In this document: positions 39,671 to 52,436 of the stretch, one piece after another
Layout: each line of letters opens with the position of its first letter
Position numbering within the stretch: the stretch's first letter is position 1
NCBI GenBank assembly: GCA_038231135.1
Contig: JBBRLX010000011.1
Span: 1-64,000 of the forward strand
Direction of reading: 5' to 3'
DNA length: 64,000 bases
Source: Candidatus Eiseniibacteriota bacterium
GTDB taxonomy: Bacteria; Eisenbacteria; RBG-16-71-46
Translations under genes and position numbers: made by a program
The notes under the pieces: model-generated
What the model was told of the DNA's origin: nothing
Database searches by the model: none
Seen by the model: only the letters and a program-made list of their open reading frames with translations

Positions 39671-40515
39671 GGGTTCGCCCCGGGCTGGGCGATGCCGGCC
39701 AGGTGCGGCTTGATCGCCCGGCGCAGCATGCGCTGCTGCAGCTCGACCGGCTGGGCCGCGTCGATGACGTGCAGGCCGTACTCGGGGACGATGCGCTCGT
39801 ACTCGTCGAGGATCCGTCCCTGGAACATGCGATAGGACTCCTCGATGTCGTCATCCAGCTCGAGATCCATGCCCGCCTCATACCACTTGAGCCGCGGCCG
39901 GCCCGACAGGATGCGCTTGAGCGCCACGTCGAGCGGCACGCGGAAGTAGAACGCCATCGTGGGCACCGCCGCGAACCGGTACAGCGAGCGCACCCAGCGC
40001 GATGGCACGCCGCGCGTCACGTCGCGCGCGAACGCGGTGTAGACGTAGCGGTCGGCGAGCACGATCGCGCCCGCCTTGAGCGACGGCACGATCTCGCGCT
40101 CGATGCGGTCCGAGAAGTCGGTGGCGTGGATCAGCGAGAACGTGAGCGGCGTGAGCTGCTTGCGCTTCTTGCCGCGCGAGGTCGTCGATTTCACGATCGG
40201 CGAGCTGTTCCATTCGCTGAACACCACCGGATAGCCCTGGCCGCGCAGCCACTGGGCGAGCAGCGTGAGCTGGGTGCTCTTGCCGGAGCCGTCGATGCCT
40301 TCGACGATGAACAGCCGGCCCGGCGTTTCGATCACGCGGCTGCCGTAGAGCGAGCGGCCCTCGGCGCGCGACACCACGGTGGCGCCCCGCCGCGCGCGCT
40401 TGCGCTTCGGCGCCTCCTGCGGCATGTCGGGATCGTGCTGGCCGGCCCCCGGCTGCGACGCGGGATGTTCCGTGGCGTCATGACCCGGCTCCTGGAGGTC
40501 GTAGCCGGCGCTCAT
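39667..40515 (-). CDS. Thymidylate-kinase-like protein, intact P-loop (candidate PPK3 catalytic subunit)
   Basis: VEGIDGSGKSTQ, SEWNSS, HATDFSDR, LADRYVYT, YEAGMD; ATG overlaps the sixA stop. Confidence 0.8.
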   Translation of the reverse strand: MSAGYDLQEPGHDATEHPASQPGAGQHDPDMPQEAPKRKRARRGATVVSRAEGRSLYGSRVIETPGRLFIVEGIDGSGKSTQLTLLAQWLRGQGYPVVFSEWNSSPIVKSTTSRGKKRKQLTPLTFSLIHATDFSDRIEREIVPSLKAGAIVLADRYVYTAFARDVTRGVPSRWVRSLYRFAAVPTMAFYFRVPLDVALKRILSGRPRLKWYEAGMDLELDDDIEESYRMFQGRILDEYERIVPEYGLHVIDAAQPVELQQRMLRRAIKPHLAGIAQPGANP

Positions 40516-41027
40516 GTGGCCTCGCTCGGCTTCCGGGCGCGGATGTCGCGCAGCAGGCGCGGCGGCACGTACCACAACAGCCGTCCCGCGCCCTCCGCCA
40601 CCGGGCCGTCGAACTCGATCGCGCACGCGCCCGCCTTCTTGAGCGCCAGCGCCGTGCGCGCGCCCGTCATGTGGGCGGCGAGCACACCAAGATCGGGCTC
40701 GTGACCTACGACGACGAGCCGCCCGGTGGCGGGGCGGCGGGCGATCTCCGCGAGCATGCCGCGGGTGCTCGCCCCGGACCGCAGCGCGTCGAGCGTGTCG
40801 ACCAGGTCGATGCCGAACACGTCAGCGAGGACGTTCGCGGTGCCGAGCGCACGCTCGTAGGGGCTCGTGACGATGCACGTCACATCACCCACCAGCCGGG
40901 CGAGACCTCTGCCGGACGCGCGGGTGCGTGCGATGCCTTTAGGTGTGAGCGGTCGATCCACATCGGTCGGCCAGCGGCTGGGATCCGGATCGCCGGCGGG
41001 ACCGTGACGGAACAGAATGACTTGCAT
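40512..41027 (-). CDS. sixA: SixA-type phosphohistidine phosphatase
   Basis: LFRHG, DRPLTPKG, TSPYERA, VVGHEPDL. Confidence 0.87.
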   Translation of the reverse strand: MQVILFRHGPAGDPDPSRWPTDVDRPLTPKGIARTRASGRGLARLVGDVTCIVTSPYERALGTANVLADVFGIDLVDTLDALRSGASTRGMLAEIARRPATGRLVVVGHEPDLGVLAAHMTGARTALALKKAGACAIEFDGPVAEGAGRLLWYVPPRLLRDIRARKPSEAT

Positions 41028-41175
41028 GGCGAAGAAACCTGCGCTGCCTCGCGGCGAGACGGCCGCGCGCACGGGTCCGTGGACGATTCCTGGCCGGCGC
41101 GAGGGAGGCGCACCGGCTGAGGACAGCCTAGCATTGCGCCCGGATCACGGGCAAAACCGTGGATTTTAGCGTGCG

Positions 41176-42156
<981 letters not shown>

Positions 42157-42193
42157 AGGTTCCTTTCGGTGTCGGGTGTCTGGGTACGGTTCG

Positions 42194-44273
<2,080 letters not shown>

Positions 44274-44284
<11 letters not shown>

Positions 44285-45581
44285 GGACGGTCTCCGCGGG
44301 GGTGGTCGTGGAGGCGCCGGTCGCCGGCGTGGCCGCAACGCCGTCGGCCTCCGCGGTCGCGCGCGTGTCGGGGCCGAGCCCGCGTTGCGCGAGCGCCACC
44401 AGCGGCAGCCCGAACAGCCGGATGAAGCCGGCGGCGTGCGTCGAGTCGTAGCCCGCCATGTCGAACGACGCGAGATCGGGCCGGTAGAGCGACTGCGGAC
44501 TCTGCCGCGCGATCGCTCGGGCCTGCCCGCGGTAGAGCTCGACGGTGACCTCGCCGACCACGGGCTGGAGCGCGGTGTCCACGAACGCCTGCAGCGAGCG
44601 GCGCAGCGGGGTGAACCACAGCCCGGCATAGATGAGATCGGCCATGCGTGGCGCGAGCTCCTCGCGCGTCCGCAGCAGGTCGTGGGGCAGCGTGAGCCGG
44701 CACAGATCCTCGAGCGCCTCGCGCAGCACCGTGCCCGCCGGCGTCTCGTAGACGCCGCGCGACTTCATGCCGACGACGCGGCTCTCGACCAGATCCGCCC
44801 GCCCGATGCCGTGCTTCCCCGCCAGCACGTTCAGCCGCTCGACGAGTGTGACAGGATCGAGGGTGGTGCCGTCGAGGCTGACCGGCGTGCCGCCGGCGAA
44901 GCCGATGCGCACCGTGTCCGGCAGCGCGGGCTGATCGGACGGGCCACACGTCAGCCGGAACATCTCCTCGCGAGGCGGGTTCATCGGATCCTCGAGCGGG
45001 CCGCCCTCGTGGCTCAGGTGCCACAGGTTGCCGTCGCGCGAGTACAGGTCGGCGGCCGTCTGCTGCACCTCGATGCCGTGACGCTCCGCGTAGGCCAGCG
45101 CGTCCTCGCGCGACCGGATGTCCCACTCCCGCCACGGCGCGATCACCTGGAGCTGCGGGGCGAGCGCCAGGTAGGTGAGCTCGAACCGCACCTGGTCGTT
45201 GCCCTTGCCGGTGCAGCCGTGGGCGAGCGCGTCGGCGCCGGTGCGCTCGGCGCACCACACCTGCCGCGACGCGATCAGCGGCCGTGCCAGCGAGGTGCCG
45301 AGCAGATAGCGGCCCTCGTAGAGCGCGCCCGCGCGCAGCGCCGGGAAGCAGAAGTCGCGCACGAACGGCATGCGCAGGTCCTCGACCACGACATCGCCAG
45401 CGCCCAGCTTGCGCGCGCGCGCCTCGAGGCCGTCGAGCTCCTTGCCCTGGCCGACGTCCGAGCAGTAGCACACGACCTCGCAGCCGTAGTGCTCCTTGAG
45501 CCACGGGACGATGATGCTGGTGTCGAGCCCGCCCGAATAGGCGAGGACGGCCTTGCGGGCGCTGTGCTTGCCCTGGGTCAC
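44274..45581 (-). CDS. argG: Argininosuccinate synthase
   Basis: LAYSGGLDTS, GTSLARP, HGCTGKGNDQVRF, KSRGVYETP; GTG with GGAGG RBS. Confidence 0.95.
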
Positions 45582-46876
45582 GATGCCTCCTCGGTGGCGG
45601 GTGCTGGGGTCGTGGACGATGCGGTCGTGGTCGTGGTGGAACCCGCGAGGCCGTGCTCGCGCTCGAGCTGGCCAAGCGCCCGGTCGAGCCGCGCGACGGC
45701 TTCGGTGAGCTCTTCGGTCGTGACGTTGAGCGGAGGCAGCAGCCGCACGGCGCGCTCGCCGCCGCGCACCAGCAGCAGGCCGTGATCGCGCGCGGCGCGC
45801 ACCAGCGCCGCCGGGTCCCACGGCGCGTCCGCGCGCAGCTCGATCGCGCGCAGCAGGCCGAGCCCGCGCGCCTCGAGCAGCGACGGATGGTTGGCGACGA
45901 GCGCGTCGAGCGCCGCGCCCAGCTCGCGGCCGCGCGTGCGCACGCGGGCGAGGAACGCGCGCTTCTGCACCTTGCCCAGCACGAACGCGCCGGCGGTGGT
46001 GGCGACCGGGCTGCCGCCGAACGTGCAGCCGTGCATGCCGGGCGCCAGTGAGCGCGCGGCGTCGGCGGTCATCAGCACCGCGGCCAGCGGCAGGCCGCCG
46101 CCGAGCGCCTTGCTGAGCACCGTGTAGTCCGCGCGCACGCCGTAGTGCTCGGCCGCCAGCAGCCGGCCGCAGCGGCCCATGCCGCACTGGATCTCGTCGA
46201 AGATCAGCGCCGCCCCGAGTGCCGAGCAGCGGGCCGCCAGCGCCTCGAGGAACCTGCGCTCCGCCGGGATCGCGCCGCCCTCGCCCTGCACCGGCTCGAC
46301 GATCACCGCGCATACGCCGGCGTCGAGCACCCCGTCGAGCGCCGCCACGTCGTTGAACGGCGCGAACCGCACGCCCGGCACCAGCGGCTCGAACGGCGCG
46401 CGATAGGCCGGGTGGTGCGTGGCCGCCAGCGCGAACGCGGTCCGGCCGTGGAAGCCGCCCTCGAACGCGACGACGTCGCGGCCGGCCACGCCGCGCTCAC
46501 CGGCGCGCGCTCGCGCGAACTTGAGCGCGGCCTCGACGCCCTCGGTGCCCGAATTGCAGAAGAACACGCGGTCGTAGCCGGTGGCCGCGGTGAGCGCGCG
46601 CGCCAGTTCGATCCCCGGCGCGTGGCCGAACAGGTTCGAGACCTGCCCGAGCTTCTGGAGCTGGCGTCCGATCGCGCGCGCGAACCCGGTCGGCGTGTGG
46701 CCGAGCGCGTTCACGGCGATACCGCTCACGAAGTCGAGGTACTTGCGACCCGCTAAGTCCTCGACCCACGCTCCGTGGCCCGAGACCAGTTCGAGCCGCG
46801 GCAGCGGATAGAGCGGGGCGAGGCACTCGACCTCGGAGCGTGGAGTGGCGGTGGGGGCGTCGAGCACTGCGGTCAT
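45578..46876 (-). CDS. argD: Acetylornithine aminotransferase
   Basis: SGIAVNALGH, NSGTE, FHGRT, EPVQGEGG, DEIQCG, KALGGG; arg operon context. Confidence 0.92.
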   Translation of the reverse strand: MTAVLDAPTATPRSEVECLAPLYPLPRLELVSGHGAWVEDLAGRKYLDFVSGIAVNALGHTPTGFARAIGRQLQKLGQVSNLFGHAPGIELARALTAATGYDRVFFCNSGTEGVEAALKFARARAGERGVAGRDVVAFEGGFHGRTAFALAATHHPAYRAPFEPLVPGVRFAPFNDVAALDGVLDAGVCAVIVEPVQGEGGAIPAERRFLEALAARCSALGAALIFDEIQCGMGRCGRLLAAEHYGVRADYTVLSKALGGGLPLAAVLMTADAARSLAPGMHGCTFGGSPVATTAGAFVLGKVQKRAFLARVRTRGRELGAALDALVANHPSLLEARGLGLLRAIELRADAPWDPAALVRAARDHGLLLVRGGERAVRLLPPLNVTTEELTEAVARLDRALGQLEREHGLAGSTTTTTASSTTPAPATEEAS

Positions 46877-47730
46877 CGGGTGCCTCCGGCGGCGGTGAGC
46901 GTTGTGGGGTGGTCGAGCGGTGTGAGGCCCGCGGTCAGCAGCGTGCCCCGGCCTGAGCCCTCGAGCAGTGCCGCAAGCGTGTCCGGCCCCTGCCAGTCGG
47001 TGATCCAGACGCAGGCGGCGCCGGTGGCAAGGGCGGCGCGGGCGGCGCGCAGCTTGGGCTGCATGCCATGGCGGACGTCGGGATGCGCGAGTGCCAGGTC
47101 GAGTCCCGCGGCGTCGAGCTCGGGAACGATCGCGCCGTCGAGCACGAGGCCCGGCGTATCGGTCAGCAGCACCAGCGCCGGTGCGGCCATGGCGCCGGCG
47201 AGCGCGGCGGCCAGGTCGTCGGCGTTCACGTTGAGCAACTGGCCGGCATCGGCGCCCAGGCTCGCGAGCACCGGCGTGATGCCGTGGCCGAGCAACGCGC
47301 GGAGCAGCGTGGGATCGATTCCGGTGACGACACCGACGTGTCCGAGGTGTCCGACGTCCGGGTGGGGAACAACGCAGGCAATTCCGGCATCGAGCGCCGA
47401 GAGGCCTGCCGCCCGAACACCTTGCGCTGCGAGCGCCGCCACCCAGCGCCGGTTGACGAGTCCTGCCAGCACCGCCGCGACCACTTCGAGCGTGGCGTCG
47501 TCGGTGACGCGCAGCCCGGCGTGAAACCGCGGCACGATGCCGAGCCGCGCCGACCAGGCGCTGACCTCGGCGCCGCCGCCGTGCACGAGCACGGCCGGCG
47601 CGCCGAGCCGCTCGAGTGCGGGTGCCAGCTCGAGGATGGCATCGCCCTCGAGTGCCCGGCCGCCGAGCTTCACCACCACCGGCCCCGCGGCCGCCCGGGC
47701 CGGTCCGTGGTTCACGGAGTTCGCAGTCAC
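46873..47730 (-). CDS. argB: Acetylglutamate kinase
   Basis: VVKLGG, VHGGG, GLRVTD, NVNAD, GMQPK; GTG overlaps the argC stop. Confidence 0.92.
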   Translation of the reverse strand: MTANSVNHGPARAAAGPVVVKLGGRALEGDAILELAPALERLGAPAVLVHGGGAEVSAWSARLGIVPRFHAGLRVTDDATLEVVAAVLAGLVNRRWVAALAAQGVRAAGLSALDAGIACVVPHPDVGHLGHVGVVTGIDPTLLRALLGHGITPVLASLGADAGQLLNVNADDLAAALAGAMAAPALVLLTDTPGLVLDGAIVPELDAAGLDLALAHPDVRHGMQPKLRAARAALATGAACVWITDWQGPDTLAALLEGSGRGTLLTAGLTPLDHPTTLTAAGGTR

Positions 47731-48818
47731 CAGGGGGTTCCGTGCACCGGCAGCCCCCACGCCTCGGGCCAGCCGAGCAGCAGGTTCAGGTTCTGGATGG
47801 CCTGGCCCGACGCGCCCTTCACCAGGTTGTCGATCGCCGCGGTGGCGAGCAGCGTGGTGCCGCCGTGCAGCGTGGTCACCGCCACGTCGCAGCGATTCGA
47901 GCCGCGCACGGCGCGCGTCTCGGGCCACGTGCCCGGCTCGAGCACCCGCACGAACGTCTCGTCGGCGTAGCGCGCGGCGTAGAGCTCCTGCGCCTCGGCC
48001 GGCGTCAGCGGCCGTTCGAGGGGCACAGACGCCGTAAGGACGATGCCGCGCGCCATCGGCGCCAGGTGCGGCACGAACCCCACCGGGACGGCAGCGCCCA
48101 GCCGGCCGTAGTTACGCTCCATCTCGGGCACGTGCGCATGGCCGGAGCCGGCGTTGTAGATCGACGCGCCGCCCTCGAGCTCGACGTAGGACGTCCGCAG
48201 CGACGGCGAACGCCCGGCGCCGCTCACGCCCGACAATGCGCTGACCATGACCGGCCCGGCGACGATGCCGGCCTCGAGCGCCGGCAACAGCGCCAGCGTC
48301 GCTGCCGTGGGATAGCAGCCGGGATTCGCCACGCGCGTCGCGCCCGCGAGCTCGGCCCGGAACGCCTCGGGCAGGCCGTACACGTAGCCCGCCGAGCCGT
48401 CGCGGTGATCGGACGACAGGTCGACCACGCGCGCGGGCAGGCTGCCCAGCGCGGGCGTGTCGGCGAGCAGTTGCCGCCAGGCCCCGTGCGGCAGGCACGC
48501 CACCAGCGTGTCGCACGACCCGTCCTCGAGCAGACCCGCGACCTGACCGGGCGCGTACACGTTCGGCAGCGAGTGCTGCCGTGGGTCGAGCCCCGGGAGC
48601 AGCTCGGCCGCGGGGCGGCCGGCGTGCTCGCGCGAGCACAGCGCCACGATCTCGAGCCCGGGATGCGCGAGCGCGAGCCGCGTGAACTCCTGGCCGGAAT
48701 AACCGCTCGCCCCGAGGACGGCGATTTTCGCCTGGCGGGGCGCGGCGCCGGGTGCCGGGGTTTCGGCCGGCTCGGGCCGGGCGGCGGGCGTCGCGATCGA
48801 TGGAACCGTGGCCGTCAC
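47727..48818 (-). CDS. argC: N-acetyl-gamma-glutamyl-phosphate reductase
   Basis: GASGYSG, CLPHG, ANPGCYPT, SGVSGAG, DNLVKGASGQA. Confidence 0.95.
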   Translation of the reverse strand: MTATVPSIATPAARPEPAETPAPGAAPRQAKIAVLGASGYSGQEFTRLALAHPGLEIVALCSREHAGRPAAELLPGLDPRQHSLPNVYAPGQVAGLLEDGSCDTLVACLPHGAWRQLLADTPALGSLPARVVDLSSDHRDGSAGYVYGLPEAFRAELAGATRVANPGCYPTAATLALLPALEAGIVAGPVMVSALSGVSGAGRSPSLRTSYVELEGGASIYNAGSGHAHVPEMERNYGRLGAAVPVGFVPHLAPMARGIVLTASVPLERPLTPAEAQELYAARYADETFVRVLEPGTWPETRAVRGSNRCDVAVTTLHGGTTLLATAAIDNLVKGASGQAIQNLNLLLGWPEAWGLPVHGTPW

Positions 48819-49342
48819 TTGGCGAATCCTCCCATGGCACTGCGTGCACCCGTGGCGGCCCGGCCGCCCGTGGCCGACTCGCCGGCCGGCGCCGCGATGG
48901 CGTCCAGCCGCTTCCGCAAGCGGCGCGCGAGCGCCGCGTCCTCCATGATCACGAGCACGGTGTCGTCGCCCGCGACCGAACCCACGATGCCGTCGAAGCC
49001 CGCGAGATCGATGGCCCGCGCCACCCCGTTCGCATGGCCGGGAGGCGTGCGCACCACCATCAGGTTCTGGGCGATCCGCACTTCGTTCACGAACGTCTTG
49101 AGATCCAGCAGCCGGCGCTCGCGGTCGAGCGTCTCGACCGCCGGCCCCGGCAGCTCGTACAGCGCGCCCCCGTCGGCGTCGGGGCGCTTCACCACGCCCA
49201 GGCTGCGCAGGTCCCGCGACAGCGTCGCCTGCGTCACGTCGACGCCCGAGCGGCCCAGCGCCCGGACCAGCTCGTCCTGGCTCGAGTACCGCCGGCCCGC
49301 CAGCAACTGGGCCAGCAGTGCCAGCCGGCGTGAGCGGTTCAT
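48815..49342 (-). CDS. argR: Arginine repressor
   Basis: SQDEL, TQATLSRDL, TPPGHA, GSVAGDDT; ATG with GAGGT RBS. Confidence 0.93.
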   Translation of the reverse strand: MNRSRRLALLAQLLAGRRYSSQDELVRALGRSGVDVTQATLSRDLRSLGVVKRPDADGGALYELPGPAVETLDRERRLLDLKTFVNEVRIAQNLMVVRTPPGHANGVARAIDLAGFDGIVGSVAGDDTVLVIMEDAALARRLRKRLDAIAAPAGESATGGRAATGARSAMGGFAK

Positions 49343-49393
49343 GAACACCTCATGGCGACGTCTCCGGTGCCCGGAACTTCCGGGAGAAACTCA

Positions 49394-49431
49394 GATGAAT
49401 AAATATACAATCAGATGCATGAAAGTACGAC
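49394..49431. promoter_or_regulatory. ARG box(es), ArgR operator
   Basis: TGAAT-AAAT-ATACA (49396-49409) matches TGAAT-N4-ATTCA with one mismatch; weaker TGCAT-GAAA-GTACG 20 bp away; AT-rich patch upstream of argR. Confidence 0.8.
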
Positions 49432-49542
49432 TTGAGGGCGGATTCGTCAACGGGGATCTGGCGTCGGGCACGGAGTCACGCGGGGCCGGCGCGGAGCGCG
49501 GGGGCGCGAATGGGGACGCCGGGGCGGGCTGGGGCCCGGGGC

Positions 49543-49653
49543 CAACGCGAACAGGCGGACGCAGGGCCGTCTCGGGGCCGCGGGGTCAACGCGAACAGGC
49601 GAACGCCAGGCCGTCGCGGGGGCCACCGGGACCAACGCGAGAGGGGCGGACGC
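49543..49653. repeat. About 2.5 imperfect tandem repeats of 44-46 bp
   Basis: CAACGCGA..GGCG(G/A)ACGC begins at 49543, 49587 and 49633. Confidence 0.6.
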
Positions 49654-49672
49654 TGTTGAGCGTCCGCCCCTC
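49641..49672 (-). terminator. Strong hairpin, probable terminator of the BNR gene
   Basis: Perfect 14-bp stem GAGGGGCGGACGCT-gttg-AGCGTCCGCCCCTC; weak U tract. Confidence 0.65.
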
Positions 49673-49725
49673 AGGGGTTCACCGGGGGCTGGCGATCCTG
49701 CCGGCCCCCTGGAGCTGGGGTCAGG

Positions 49726-52392
49726 TCAGCGGACCACGCTCACGCGGGTGGTCTGCACCACGCCGCCCTGATCGAGCCGCACCACGTACATGCCGGCCGG
49801 CAGCGTGAGGCCGCTCGCCAGCTCGAGCAGGTGCTTGCCGGTGCCGAGCGATCCCACCTCGCGCACGCGAATCCTGCGCCCGGTGATGTCGACCAGCGAC
49901 AGCGTGGCCGGCGTGGCGCGGGGCAGCGTGAACGACACCCAGACCTCGCGGGTGGTGGGGTTCGGACGCACGCTCTCGATGCGGACCTTGTCGATCGACG
50001 GCACGATGACCGACACCTCGCCCATGTAGAGCTCCATGCCGCCGGTCTGCACCCCCAGCCGGTACGAATACTTGACGCCCGGATAGACGTCGTTGTCCAC
50101 ATACGTCATCCGGTGCTGGCCGTCGGCGTCGATCACGCCCTTCAGCACCCAGTCCGCGCCGTCGAGGCGGTAGACGTAGGCCTCGGTGATCTGATCCGAA
50201 GCCGCATACCACGTGACCCGCACCTGCTTCGCGTCGGCGTCGGCGTTCGCGAGCGATACCAGCGTCGGCGTGCTGGTGAGCGGCACCGCCAGCGCGAAGA
50301 TGTCAGCGTTGCCGTTGCGGCCGTCGCTCCAGGCGTTGAATAGCGTGAGATCGTTCGCGAACAGTCCCAGGTAGTCACCCTGGTTGGGCTGGATGTTCGT
50401 GAACGTCCGGCTCCAGGAGGTGATGGTATCGGTCACCCGTCCCACGTCGTGCCAGGTCAGCCCGCCGTCGTCCGAGCGGTCGAGATAGTTGTGCGATTCG
50501 CCGCCGCACGTGGGGGGGAACGCGTCCTGGAACCCGTAGAAGAATGTATAGACGGTGCCGTTCCCCGAGACCGCGACTTCCGGCAGCCAGTTGTCGAACC
50601 ACGGGGCGTCGCTGTTCGTGCGCACGCCGCCGTGGGCCGCGGGCCACGTGAGACCGTCGTCGGACGCCACCACGACCACGTCGCGCTGGTCGCGGCCGGG
50701 CTCGGTGAGGTGCGTGTTCACGCCGGTGAGGATGCTGTAGTAGCTCGACGTGCTGTTGCCGGGGATGTCGCTGAACATGCGGATGAAATAGGTGCCCGAG
50801 ACCGGGCAGGTCCACGTCAGGAAGCCGTTCGTGCCCTGGATCGGCAGATCGATGGCGCCCGTGAGGTTGAGCCGCGTGGTGTCGTCGGAGCAGATCACGC
50901 GCATGGTGTAGAGCGACGCCGGGATCGAGTCGCACCAGAACGTGTAGGTGGTGCCCTGCGTTGCGGGGAATTTCCAGTAGTCGAGTTCGCCGTGCCCGGG
51001 CGAGGGAGTGGGCGTCCACGTGAGCTGGCCCACCAGCGTCTGGCCGGGGGTGAACGGCGTGGCGTTGAGCGGCGAATTATTGGGCTCGGACTCGTTCACG
51101 GTGCCGAGGGCGCCGGCGGCGTCGAGGTCCCGGTACCAGTCCAGGCAGTCGTTCCACGCGATGTACACCCGCCCGCGATGCGGCCCAAAGCTGCGGTCGA
51201 CGGCGATCGACGGGAACGTGATGCCGCGCTCGCGGTTGAACCCGGGAGCACCGGTGCCGAAGTTGTCGAAGATCGAGGCCGCGATCCGCGGCGCCGTGAA
51301 CGTGCCGCCGAAATTCACGGACTTGCGGATCATGAAGTAGTCGGAGCCGTCGCCGGACGAAGGCCCGATCTCCTTCCATACGACGTACACCTCGCCACCG
51401 GGGCCGGTGATCGGCCGCGACCCCTGCACTCGGCCCGCGCCCGACCCATCGTTCATGACGACCGGAGCGGCGTAGGTGTGCCAGTCGGTCGTGCTGTGTT
51501 GGAACGCGATGTTGTCGCTGGAGGCGGTGAATACCGTGTAGGAGACGTACACCTTGCCGGTCGACGAATCGACGGCCGCCCACGGCTTGTCGATGAAACT
51601 CGTGTTCGACACGCTGGAGATCACCTGCGCCTGATCCCACTGGATCGTGGTGCCGTTGAAGTGGGCGCGCGCGATCGCCAGGCCGTTCGTCGTGTGGGCG
51701 GAGTTCTCGATCAGGCCCACGAAATAGAACTCGCCGGTCTTCTCGTTCACCGTGAACACCGGGTCCGAGGTCCAGCGGATCGTGGCCGCATGCGGCACCG
51801 GGCCGGCATGCGTGAACGACAACCCGCCGTCGATCGAATAGCCGTACCCCATCAGGTCCGAGTCGTCGCGGTAGCCGGCGCCTTCGTTCCATCCGATGAG
51901 CACGAACTGGTTCCACGCCGCGATCCCGGGCTCCGACTGCCCCGCCCCGTCCGCCCGGTCGCCGGTCGTGTCGCTGACGAGCACGTTGGGGCCGAGGTCG
52001 CTGGCGTTGGTCGAGAGCGGCTGTGCCCGGTCCGCCGCCGGCATTGCCGGGGGCCGGCCGCCGCCGAGCTCGGGAAGCAGCACGGGCCGCTGGCGCTCGC
52101 CGCGGTCGGGATGAGCGGCGGGCCTGCGGCCGTGGCGGCGCGCCGCGAGCGCGCGCGCGCGGTGCTCGCGCAGTTCCGCATAGCCGTCGGCCAGCGCCAT
52201 CCGGAGCTGGAGCTGCTTCACCTTCGCGAGACGCGCGGCGCCCGTTGCCAGGGGTGCGGACGCGGTTACGGTCGCGTCGTTCGAATGGTCCGTGGTCGCG
52301 TACGACTTAGCCGGAGCGGCGATAAATCCCAGCACGAGCCCCGCGGCCAGCCAGGCGATGGGTGCGATCGGGTGCAGACGGTTCGGCGACAT
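49726..52392 (-). CDS. Secreted BNR/sialidase-like protein with inserted PPC-like domain and FlgD-Ig/T9SS-like tail
   Basis: Signal peptide; SIDGGLSF, SDP, DKPW, SDDGLTW, SDDGGLTW, GDY; ESEPNN insert; PNP...DITGRR...GMYVVRL; alternative start at 52440. Confidence 0.8.
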   Translation of the reverse strand: MSPNRLHPIAPIAWLAAGLVLGFIAAPAKSYATTDHSNDATVTASAPLATGAARLAKVKQLQLRMALADGYAELREHRARALAARRHGRRPAAHPDRGERQRPVLLPELGGGRPPAMPAADRAQPLSTNASDLGPNVLVSDTTGDRADGAGQSEPGIAAWNQFVLIGWNEGAGYRDDSDLMGYGYSIDGGLSFTHAGPVPHAATIRWTSDPVFTVNEKTGEFYFVGLIENSAHTTNGLAIARAHFNGTTIQWDQAQVISSVSNTSFIDKPWAAVDSSTGKVYVSYTVFTASSDNIAFQHSTTDWHTYAAPVVMNDGSGAGRVQGSRPITGPGGEVYVVWKEIGPSSGDGSDYFMIRKSVNFGGTFTAPRIAASIFDNFGTGAPGFNRERGITFPSIAVDRSFGPHRGRVYIAWNDCLDWYRDLDAAGALGTVNESEPNNSPLNATPFTPGQTLVGQLTWTPTPSPGHGELDYWKFPATQGTTYTFWCDSIPASLYTMRVICSDDTTRLNLTGAIDLPIQGTNGFLTWTCPVSGTYFIRMFSDIPGNSTSSYYSILTGVNTHLTEPGRDQRDVVVVASDDGLTWPAAHGGVRTNSDAPWFDNWLPEVAVSGNGTVYTFFYGFQDAFPPTCGGESHNYLDRSDDGGLTWHDVGRVTDTITSWSRTFTNIQPNQGDYLGLFANDLTLFNAWSDGRNGNADIFALAVPLTSTPTLVSLANADADAKQVRVTWYAASDQITEAYVYRLDGADWVLKGVIDADGQHRMTYVDNDVYPGVKYSYRLGVQTGGMELYMGEVSVIVPSIDKVRIESVRPNPTTREVWVSFTLPRATPATLSLVDITGRRIRVREVGSLGTGKHLLELASGLTLPAGMYVVRLDQGGVVQTTRVSVVR

Positions 52393-52436
52393 CGGGCGCG
52401 TCCTTTTGTAGGCGGCTTTTGGAACAACCCAAGACT

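Noticed and set aside
49543..49653. Possible mini-CRISPR
   Set aside because: The units are tandem and degenerate without distinct spacers, and there are no cas genes in the window.
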